Part shown: positions 38,101 through 50,100 of the stretch, in pieces
How the letters are laid out: each line of letters begins with the position of its first letter
How positions within the stretch are numbered: position 1 is the stretch's first letter
NCBI GenBank assembly: GCA_051294905.1
Contig: CM119378.1
Coordinates: forward strand, 2,854,001 to 2,918,000
Origin: Botryllus schlosseri
Lineage: Eukaryota
Length of the DNA stretch: 64,000 nucleotides
Direction: 5' to 3'
Notes under the pieces: model-generated
Databases searched by the model: none
Told to the model about the DNA's origin: nothing
The model's input: the letters and a program-made list of their open reading frames with translations, nothing else
Made by a program: the position numbers and the translations under genes

Positions 38101-41100
38101 CCAGGGGCCAGCCACAATTTTCGTACATCTTTGTATATGACGATAAAGTGGAATATTTCGTGGCAGATATACTTGAATTTATATTTTTCTTGTCGCTCCG
38201 CGCGATTTATAGCCACTCGTTTTTTTTTGGCTTTTGGTATTGGGACCCCTTCCAGTGTACAAACTGATTGACACAAATTCGCCAAAAGAATTCGAATCCA
38301 TCCCAACAATAAATGTTTTACCGACCACACTATACTATCCATTATTCCCCATTCAATTGGGAAGCACACGCACTCAAAATTACACATATGGTAGAGTTGT
38401 TAAGTTATGTCCGTCAGACAAGTGACCAAACTTACCGTCTTGGCATCAACACCCACGCTCTTTGCAATACTGTTTCTCTGTAATGAGAGAAGGGCGCTCA
38501 TTAATTTGCTGCCATAGTTACTGGTCTGCGTACTCCAGGTTAATAACTCTTGATGCAGGAGTGTCATACTTATTTTAAACAATAATTCAATGCATTTTTA
38601 TATTTATTTCACAGTTTCACCCTAGCATATTCAATATTCATATTGAAATAAACCCGAATATTTTCAGCTGACACTTGTCTGGGGTTATCGTCAGCGACTT
38701 GGTGAAGAATTGTAGAAAAAATTATGCATGCGCATTATGGCGCAATGACTCGAGTACGAATAGAGTCAACAAACAAATTGACTCAAGTGAACGAAAAATC
38801 ACTTCATTTGAATAGGCCTTTATTCAAGATGTCTTACCGTGTGCGTTTTATCGCTCGTGCTCGTCACGCTTTCGGCGAGGCCCGTCTTGCTCAGAAACGT
38901 GGCACACCATTCGTTTATGGGCACGAAGTCGGGCTCGCCAATTTCGGCCGCGTACTTCATGGCCTGGTGCTTGACGGCGCGCTCCGATACCTCAAGCGAC
39001 AGGGAGATTTGTTGCACGATCCAGGTCTGGAGTTTGTCCTCGATCACGTCGATCGAATTGTGAAACTGAAAATTTTAAATTTTACTGCCTACTTGATAAA
39101 ATTGCTTGGTCCAACCTTTATAGGCATTGCAATATAAGAAAATGGTTTTGGATTTATTTAATAAAATTATATATAGAATTTTATCAAATTTCACTGGCTA
39201 TACCCCATGAAATTGTTAGGTTGTCTGAGATAACGCTGCACAATAAATTCGGCTCAATTCCAACCAGCAGAAGTGAAGTTATTGTGGAACAAAATTTAAG
39301 ATTTCAAATCATAGTATTTACAATGGGTAGATCTATAATACATATAAAAAGAATTTGCCACAGTAAATACTATCTTTTTTCAAATCCAAAATTCTGTGCG
39401 ATAACTCCACTTTTACCGGTTGGAATTGAGCCAAATTTGTTGCGAGTACTGCAAATGGCGGACACGTTAAAAACCAAGGTTTGAATTCAAAAAGTTGACA
39501 ACGGTAGACACAAAAGACCAAACAAACCCCGTTTTTCACATCCTGGTTTCGCCATCTTCGATTATCGGCGGTTAACAAACCGTTGGATCTGGCAACTCTT
39601 CTTTGGTTCCGATTTATTCTCGACGCGAGCAAGTCGATGTCAAGGATTGACTGAAGATAGGAAACAACGCAAACGATATAGCTTCTTAATCGATGAAAGC
39701 TTCAATCCAGGATTGCAATGAGTAAGGCGTTTTTTATTGACATGTAACAAAAGCCCAAATTAAGTCAAAATTGTAAACAAAGTCAAAACTTTTTTGCAAC
39801 CTGCATTTCGTTTGTCGGTGAACTTATCATTTGACATTTTACAGCTTAGAGCCTACCGTTGTAGACGGCCCATTGTCCGCTCATTGTGAATCATAAACAT
39901 TCAAATGAAACAAATAGGTTGACATGGTGTTATGCTCAACGTACCGCAATATCCGAACTGAAGCAAGACTGCGTGAGCATTGGACTGTTCTTATCTCAAG
40001 AAGTGCATGATGAAAAATTGTGATGTAGACAACATTGACAGAATGAAGCAACACCGTTTGTCACCAGCAGTGTACGCACAACTTCAGTATTGTCAGCGAA
40101 CAACTGCTGCTGTTGAACGTTCTTTCTCCATTCTTGGCAAGCTACTTAGTAAGGACAGACACTTTCTACCCGAGAATGTAGGAAAGTATCTCGGTGGTGA
40201 TTTGAAAATTACTTGAATCAAAACACTATGACTCGGACTCGACCCTCAGCTCACAGACTTGGACTCGGAGTTGACTCGGTAGTGATTTGAAAATGACTCG
40301 ACTTGACTTGAATCAAAACACTATGACTCGGACTCGACCCTCAGCTCACCGACTTGGACTCGGAGTTGACTCGGTAGTGATTTGAAAATGACTCGACTTG
40401 ACTCGAGTCAAAACTATGAAAGTGACATTGACTTGAGACTAAGGACCTTGCGACTTGGGTACAACCGTGCACTGCACACCACACTTATGCCCTACCACAA
40501 TCCAGAAAAACTAAACCCGACCGCTTTCTCACCCCCGTATTTTCAGCCTCGTTCCGCGCCTTCGCTTTCAGCTCGGTCCATTTTAACAGCCAGTCGTACA
40601 CGGTCCGGCGGGGCATACCGTAGCGCTTAGACGCCTCCTTGACGCCGACGTTTTCCAGCACCAGATCTCGCATGACTTGCATTCGAAATTCCAAAGAGTA
40701 GCGACTGGTGCCTTGCCCGCTCGCGAACAGCTCCTGCGAAATGCCGACATTTAAATATATTTAATTTGCTTCGAGGTACAGATTTTCAATATACAACTGA
40801 ATAATGTATTCAAAGGTAAATTACAATTTTATAGTATATATTCATATTGAAATGAACCCGAATATTTTCGACTGACACTCGTCAGGGGTAATTGTCAGCA
40901 AGTAGTAGAGAATTGAAAGGACATTGCATATCGACAATCGTATCACAAAATATGACGTCACCGGCATCAAATTTCGGAGTGAAGATAGCGCTTAACCTCC
41001 ATCTTTAGATGGTACACAAACTCCTGTAAGCACAGACCTAGTTGGTGTGAAAGTGCGAACTGCCTCTCCTGACAACACAAAATCTGTCACGCAAACAGAA

Positions 41101-44100
41101 TTATACAGAAAATGTTTGCCGATGGCAAAATTTACGGTCTTTTCCTGTTCATCAGGGGATGAGTGAAGGGTGAGCCTTTCGCGCAGTTTGATTTGCGTGT
41201 TCTAATTTATCTAGGGTTATGTGATCCTGCTCGAGCACTCTTCTTTTCCCCGATTATTTGAAATTTCATGCTGGTGACGTCATATTTTGTGATACGATTG
41301 ATGATCTACTGATGTTCTGTACGATTCTCTGCTAGTTGCTGACGATTACCCCTGACGAGTGTCAGGCGGAATTATTCGGGCTCATTTCAATATCAATATA
41401 CTATTCAATTGTATATTGAAGTGCTGTACCTCCAAGAAGCTCTTCAAACATTTACTTACGATACTTGATTATTTTTTTGAACAACTTATCGGTTGCCCTT
41501 TGTGATAATGCTATGGATTGATGACGACATCACAGGTATGTCATTTCCGCTAACGTCTGTAGCTTTGTATTGTGCTATGTTTCGTACGCTGTCATACATA
41601 CAATCAAGATAAACAGCTTTTCACAGTGGAAAATACTATCGGAACTACACATTAGGGCTCTTCAAAATGACTTTTTTTCTCAAATCGTACTGGCTAGTTG
41701 ATAAAATTGTTAGGTTACCTAATTTAAGCCTACACACAAAATTTGGTTCAATTCCAGCCAGTAACTGCTTTGCTACAGGAGAAGAAAGAAGAAAGTCTCT
41801 ATTTATTAGCCTATATAAAAATAAATAAAACAAAAAATTTGAAATTTTCCTGTTCACTCCATGAAAGTGTTAGGCTGTCTATAGAAACGATGCTCACCAA
41901 ATTTGGTTCAATTCCAACCAGTGGAAGCGGAATTATTGCCGTCGAAAAATTTGGATTTGAATAAAATAGTATTTAAGGTGAGCACCAGGCGCGTAGCCAG
42001 AGGGGGATTTCGGGGGTCGGTACCCCCTCCTTTAGAAGCGTGAAACCCCCTTCTTAAACGCGAAACCCCTTTCTTTTGAAATGATCGTTCTGACGCTAAT
42101 GGTCGGTTGCAATTCAATAAGTCGTATTATCAGTGTTGAGTGCGGCCAATTAGTGAAAGGCGTGTAGCCAATTAGCGTCCGTGCGCGATGCACTGCACAA
42201 TGTAACGCGACACGATCATCCGCTGAGATGATTGCGAGATTAGGTCATTCATTGCCGCGTGCTCGGCAATAGTTGCTAGCCTGATTTGTCGCGTCTCCAA
42301 CAAGCCTAGTTCCGCCGGCTTGAATAATCTCATCTGCTATAGGCCCGGTGTGCACGATATCATCGCTGACCTACACAACCGCATCTGCAAGCGGCCTAGT
42401 ATACGAAAGATATCGCTAGCCTAACTACCGCGTCTCTGGCCTACCATGCTTTGGCTCATATTTCCCGATGCCTCGGATAAAATGGTCGTTAAGTATATGC
42501 TGATTAGCGATTAAAGAGTGACATCCCGAAACTGAATTACATCGAATGTGCGCAAACATATGCGACGCGTGCGTACGTACATGCGAAATTGATTTCCGTT
42601 AATACTTGAACATAACCATCAAAAGCTGTGTGTCAAGGCTAAAAAGAGGTAAGGTTTGAACCACCTGAAATCGGCGTCATTATAGCTCGTATTCCATAAA
42701 AACTCGTACATTTTGAATTGCGCAAATCGTCGCTGAGGCTACGTAAGACGCATTGCTAAGCGCGCGTATTTAGTTGTTCGACGCATTGATAAGCGCACGA
42801 TATCATTGGTTGGCCTACACAATCGCATATGCAATAGGCCTAATACGAAAGATATATCAATAGATCATCGCTAGCCTAACTCCATCGCTAGCCTAACTAT
42901 CGCGTCTCGGGCCCAGCATGGTTTGGCTCCTATCTCTCGATGGCTTGGAGACCATGCCATTATTGTATGCTGATTAGCGATTGTGATTACAGAGTGACAT
43001 CGCGAAACTGAAAGACATCGAATGTCAGTAAACATGTGCGACGCGTGCGTGATATATCTCCGCTAATACTTAACATAACCATCAGAATATGTGTGTCGAC
43101 TTGAGTTATAAAATAGGACAGGTTTGAAGCACCTGAAATCGGCGTCATTATGGCACATATTCTCAAAAATCTCGGACATTTCGACTTGCGCAAATAGTCG
43201 ACGAGGCTGCGTTGATGAGCGCGCGTATTTAATTGTTCGACGCTTTGATAAGCGCAGGTATTTAATTGTTGACGACAGATCAGGGAGTCGCTAATTAACA
43301 GTCCTTCCGGACTCGTCGACAAGCTTATCAAACGCGTATAATCGCGAACACGAGGAGATTGTATAATGTATAACCGTCATTTACGCATGTACTTAACCCT
43401 AATGAATTGACGCTATATTAAGTAAATTCGCAAAACATCGAAACCCCGCCCTTCTATTTTAAAACCCCTTCCTTATTTTTCGGCTGGCTACGCGCCTGGT
43501 GAGCACAACTATAATAAATAAACAAAGAATCGGTCACCGTAAATACTATTTTATTCAGATTCAAATTTTTCGACGGCAATAACTACGCTTCCACTGGTTG
43601 GAATTGAACCAAATTTGGTGAGCATCGTTTCTATAGACAGCCTAACACTTTCATGGGGTGAACAGAAAATTTTCAAATTTTTTATTATTTATTTTTATAT
43701 AATAAATAGAAACTTTCTTCTCCTGTAGCAAATCGGTTACTGGCTGGAATTGAACCAAATTTGGTGTGTAGGCTTAAATTAGGTAACCTAACAATTTTAT
43801 CAAGTAGCCAGTACGATTTGAGAAAAAAGTCATTTTTGAAGAGCCTCACTAGACATGCTAATATATATAGCCTATACCAGCATCGTATGACCATTCGATG
43901 CGAATAAAAATCGAAGATATTCAAATCAGCAAATAATTTTTAAAAATAAATAAATTGCCGAGGCTCTCACCCGACAAATCTTCTCAAAGTTGTCCGGGTC
44001 TGGGTCCTTCTCCCTCGGAATCTCGTCCTCCAAAATTTCGTGCAAAGATTTCGGTCGAGAATCTTCGTCTCGCGTTTGAGACAGATTGTTTGCGTCGCGA

Positions 44101-47100
44101 GACCTTTGTTTTCTGGCGCGATCTCGCGTTTTGATGCGTCTCACCTTTGAAAAGGGTTCAGCAACAATAATTCGATCTTAGAAAATTGAATAGTATATTG
44201 ATATTGAAATGAAACCGAACATTTTCGGCTGACACTCGTCAGGGGTAATTGTCTGCAATCAGTAGAGAGTCCAAAAGAACATTGTATATCAACAATCGTA
44301 GCACAAAATATCAAGGTTGTAACCAAGTCACAAGGTTCCGAGTCGCAAGTCAATCTCACTTTTATAGTTTTGACTCGAGTCAAGTCGAGTCATTTTCAAT
44401 TCACCACCGAGTCAAGTCAGATTCCGAGTCAGCGAGCAGAGGGTCGAGTCCGAGTCATAATGTTTTGACTCGAGTCCGAGTCCAAGTTTATGTTCACTAG
44501 GGTGGAGTGAAAAAGAAAAATTTGAATTTCAAAAAATGCCTTCGATATTTGGTCTTGAATCTCAAATAAATAACTGTTATCATTTCAGGCTCTCGCACGC
44601 TCTAATGGCCAAGCAATTTCTCCAAACGAGCCAAAAATAGCTACTTTTGCTATATCTTGATAACCGCATATGACGGAAAGCCAGTTTTGGGCTTAAAATC
44701 TGCGGAAGCAACATGTTTCTATCTCATTTTGTGCATCTACTACTGTACTCTGGTTAGATTAGGTCATTAGGAATTAGGGTAAGGGTAGGTTAGGATTATA
44801 TAAAGAAGCGCAGCACTTACACTTGAATAGGTGGCTTGCTTCCTCCAACTCGTGATCAGGTCCGGGTCAATGTGGAACAGGCTACCGGCGTATTTAGATG
44901 AGCATTTGCGTCGCTTTATGAATGTCCGCACAGACTCCACAAAGTCTTCAGAATAGATTTCGTCGCGGGGCGGTTCTTCTTTCTATATATAGAATAAAAA
45001 ATGAAATGAATCTGTGACAGTGGTTGTCGGTAGACTGTTCAAATAATTAAAAAATCCAAATTATACTGGCTACTTGATAAAATTGCTGCGCACCAATTTT
45101 GGCTTAATTCCGACCTATAGAAGCATTTAGGTATAAAAAATTATGAATTTATTTAGTAATAAGAATTTTTTCCAAAATTTACTTTCTACCTCTGAAATTG
45201 TAAGGTTGCATAAAAAAACGCTACACAACAAATTTGGATCAATTCCAGCCAGAAGAAGGGAAGTTATTAGGCACAAAATTTTGCGATTTGAAAAAAAAAC
45301 GTGCCTGGGTATACCTAACGCACATGAAGACTTACCACCACACTACAGCATTAAAATCAAAATAATATACTCACAAGTTGAATTCCAGCATGTTTAGCCC
45401 AGGCGTAGACAGTACAGATGGGTATGTCAAAATGTGTTGCCGTCGCTGAGCTACATCTGGACTTGCGCACGTGATCAATAACTGTGCCTTTGAAGTAGTG
45501 AAAATTCCTGTACTGAGACGCCATCTAAACAATAGCACGGCAGTGAAGACAATTTCAAAATGAAAATCGAGGTACCTAAAAAAATGGCCTCAAAGGGAAT
45601 TGTATGATACATTTATCAGATTTCAGACGATAGCGGTTAATGCATGTCAGTTCTGTTTCTGGAAAAGATTCAATGGTTACGCAAAGCAACTAAATATCAG
45701 ATCATATTTGGACAACTATATAATTCTAATTGCCTAATTAGAGCAAAGTGCAGGAAATCTAATTCTGATCAAATTTGTGAAAGTTTCCTACACGCTCGTT
45801 TCAACTTTTATCGAAAAAATTGTGTAGCTACAATTCTAATTTTAATCTAATTTGGGAAAAAACTGTGTAGCCAGCAGTAGACAACTGAACAATTTCATGA
45901 GGTTATGGGTGAAATTTAAAATTTTCAAACTCTAACTACTCTTTCTTCTTCAGGTTGGAACTGAGCCATATTTGGCGAACAGTGTTTTTTTTAGCCAACA
46001 TAACAATTTTATCGAATACCCAGTAAAATTTGAAGAAGTTAAATTTGAACATCCCCAACAACATTCGGCAGTAGAGGAAATGTTTTTGGGTTTAAATTTA
46101 AGCCCCAATCAAAAAATAGGATTCCAAATACAAACCAGTTCCTTTAAGACCAGAGGTGGCCAGCCTTTTTTGCTATGCACTGCCGTGTTTCGATTTAGCA
46201 CAATTTTTTTTTACCTAAAAAGGAAGGTTTTCACCTAAAAATCTAAATCCTGACATTTTTGAACCTTAAAAAACTTAATTTTGACCAAATTTCGACCTAA
46301 CGTATGCAAATTAGATGTTTTATCACATAATGCTAGAATTGTACTAATTAACTTCATTTCTGGTTGGAGCTATCTGTCCTTACGAAGTAGTGTGGCCTGA
46401 AGAAACTTTTTTGAATCAAAAACTGACAAATTTTTACATGAAAAAACTTTATTTTAACGAAATCTGGCCGTATGAAGACTTCCAGTAATTACATCACGTC
46501 TTATGGTAGAAATAATTAAAATTGCATGTAGTACAACTAAAGACACCTTCCTACATTCTCGGGTAAAAATTGTCCTTATTAAGTGTCTGTGCTTACAATT
46601 TTGACAAAATTCTGACTTTTTTTCATTCATATTATTAGTTTTACATATTACCATCTAACATTTATCCTTTCTCAGCCCGTGTGATCAGATTCACCGGTAA
46701 AGTTGATGCCTTCGAAAATGTGAGGCAACAAGATATAAATGATGATGCATCTTCGGACGGGCCAATTGTTATTAGCCCCTTTGTTGCATGCTGTTATTTC
46801 GTGACCTCCCATCAGGATTTTGGTATAACCAACGGATATTGGAATCGCTCAAACAAATTTCACTCGCGAGGAGCACACGATTCCAATTTGGTATTTCTTT
46901 ATGGGGCGCATCAATTTCCTCTGCCGTTCGCGTCTGTACTGTGGGGCCCAGATTGCGAAGGGCACTGCTAATTCAAAATCGCATTGAATATAGCACATAG
47001 CGCGAGGGAAATTTCAAGATAGATTAAAATCCAACACATACTAATTACATTACGTGTCGAAGGCAGCAGATTGGCCACAACTCGCTAAGACGCTTACGGC

Positions 47101-50100
47101 TTACCAATCTGTGCTTTTCTCTCCGATCGTCATCTGGTATATACGAGGGATTGCGTTTGAAAAGCTGAGAGAGAGGCCTGGGGTTGATCGAATTAAACCA
47201 GCCCGAGTCTTGACTCGAACTCTCCGATACGTTCTGACGATGGCTGTCTACTTTGGCAGACTTCCTTCGTGCAGATACGATATCCAGTTGACCGTCATTC
47301 GTTGGCTTCACCTTGGGCTTCTGGTTCTGCGAACAGATGTATACAATTGAATAACATTGAAATCAACCCGAATATTTTCGGCTGACACTCGTCAGAGGTA
47401 GAGAATTGGAAAAAACATAGTGTATCAACAATCGTATCACCAAATCACTGGCATGGAATTTCGAATAATCGCTCAAGCGCAATGTACAATTTCTAGATGG
47501 ATTTTTGAATATAGGTCTGCTTGTGTTATAAACTTTGTAACAAAAATAAATATCAAGAAATGATAATGTTTCATGAATAATAGCTTTTAAAACAGGCGGG
47601 CAATTTACTATTCACGGAGACTAGAAATTATATGCAACTCGAATTCATGATATAATACTTTGCGATACGATTGTTACTGTACAATTTTCCTTCCAATTCT
47701 CTACCAGTTGCTGACTAATAACCTGAAAAAATTGAGATCTCAATATGATCAATTATTCAATCGCATACATATCTGTCAGTTCGAAGCCAGCTGCGTAGAA
47801 CGTCTGCGTCGATCTCCAACATCTTGGACGCGCGGTCAATGGCGCATTTACGTCTCCTGATGTACCGCACAACGGTCAATATGAAATCGTCGGAAAAATC
47901 TTTCGGATTATCCACACACTAAACGCAGTAAGACAATTTGTCATTTACGGAATCGGCAATATGAGCAGTCAAACTTGTACAAACTATTGGATTTTTAAAA
48001 CACGCAGCCGGAACTCGAACTGCCCACTTTTCAAAAATAGCAACTAGAACTAGAACTATCCACTTTTCAAAGCTAGAACTAGAACTACCCACTTTTCAAA
48101 GCTAGAACTAGAACTACCCACTTTTCAAAAATAGCAACTAGAACTAGAACTATCCACTTTTCAAAGCTAGAACTAGAACTACCCACTTTTCAAAGCTAGA
48201 ACTAGAACTACCCACTTTTCAAAAATCGCAACTAGAACTAGAACTACCCACTTTTCAAAGCTAGAACTACCCACTTTTCAAAACCAGCAACTAGAACCAG
48301 AACTACCGGTACCCACTTTTCAGAACTCGCAACTAGAACCAGAACTACCCACTTTTCAAAGCCAGAACTAGAACTACCCACTTTTCAAAAATGGAAACTA
48401 GAACTAGAACTACCCACTTTTCAAAAATGGAAACTAGAACTAGAACTACCCACTTTTCAGAACTCGAAACCAGAACTAGAACTACCCACTTTTTAAAACC
48501 GCAACTAGAACTAGAACTACTCCCTTTTCAAAACTTGCAACCAGAACTAGAACTACCCACTTTTCAAAGCTAGAACTAGAACTACCCACTTTTCAAAAAT
48601 GGAAACTAGAACTAGAACTACCCCTTTTCAAAGCTAGAACTAGAACTACCCACTTTTCAGAACTCGCAACTAGGACTAGAACTACCCACTTTCCAAAGCT
48701 AGAACTAGAACTACCCACTTTTCAAAAATGGAAACTAGAACTAGAACTACCCCTTTTCAAAGCTAGAACTAGAACTACCCACTTTTCAATAATCGCAACT
48801 AGAACTAGAGCTACGACTAACGACCTTCACTATTTCACAACTAAAAACAGAGCTAGCTAAATTCAATTCTGAAGAAACTCATTCATTTATATTTTATCGG
48901 AATCGGATCGGCTGGAGCAGGACTTCAAACCTCAATTTTCCTTTTCCTTTTGATGTCCTCCAGAGCAAGTCCCAAGTTCTCCAAAATTACCGGGCTGACG
49001 ATATTGGAAATTACAGATTCGCGTCGCACCTGAACAATTAAAATAAGATGATTTACAAAAAATCAGTTTATTTCAAGTCAGGGTAGTCCTAGTGGCTACA
49101 AGTAAGGGTTGAAGGTCAATTTCAATTAAATTCCAATATTAAGAATATGAATAGAGTCAAGTCCAGTCGTGGAATGATTAGAGTCATTACAACCCTGGAC
49201 ATGGGCTACCTTGTTGGCGTCGTCTCTCCAACACCGTATAAGCTCAGAGTCCAGACCAAAATCCTCTGCCGCAAATTCCAGCGAGCATCTCCTCTTTCTC
49301 ACATATTCCACGACGGCCGTTTTGAAACGTTGCGTGTATTCCTCGTCTGGCTCCGGCTCGTGGGGCCACTGAAAAACATTTTCAGCTTTTCAAATTAGAT
49401 CAGAATTGAAATTATAGCTACACAGTTTTTACAAATTCGGTAAGTACCGAAGCTATACCCTCAATCAGGTTCCAAGTTTACAAAATCATCCATTGTTAAT
49501 TAACACACCGATATTTTAGCTTGGTAAAATTTCCTGAAGTAGCCTACCATTTAGCCTACGAATAATTTCCAACGCATAGCAAAATAATGTCAAGTTGAAA
49601 TTTAAAAGTATTCATGTTGAGAATCGAATGCCGCCAGTAGTTTGATTAGAAAAAAACTAGTCAAGTAACTAAGATGTAGAAGCATTTCGCTACTCACCTC
49701 AATTCCTCAGTGTGGCTAGGCCTATATTACAGATCTACATAAAAAATTTGAGATCGCCAATTAAAAGTATTGCTTGAAAAACTTCTTGGAGGTACAGAAC
49801 TTCAATATAGAATAAAATGGTACATTCATATTATAAAAAACCCGAATATATTCAGCTGACACTCGTCAGGGGTAATTATCAGTAATTAATTGAAAATTAG
49901 TAAGAGCATTGCACATCAACAATCGTATCACCTTGATCCTGCTCTCTGAGTACCCTTTGTTGATTTTTTTAATCCAAACGCCGACCGTGTCGAAGGGAAT
50001 CCCGTACCGACGGGAAGCTTTTGTTTTTGACAGGTGCTTAGTCGCATACATGACCACCTTTTTCTTGAAAGCGTGACTGAAGACTAGCTGGCTTTGCTCG

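Noticed and set aside
48010..48815. Regularly spaced repeats resembling a CRISPR array, and ORF 48391-48573
   Set aside because: Units are contiguous with no unique spacers, the context is eukaryotic, and there are no cas genes. The ORF is just translated repeat.
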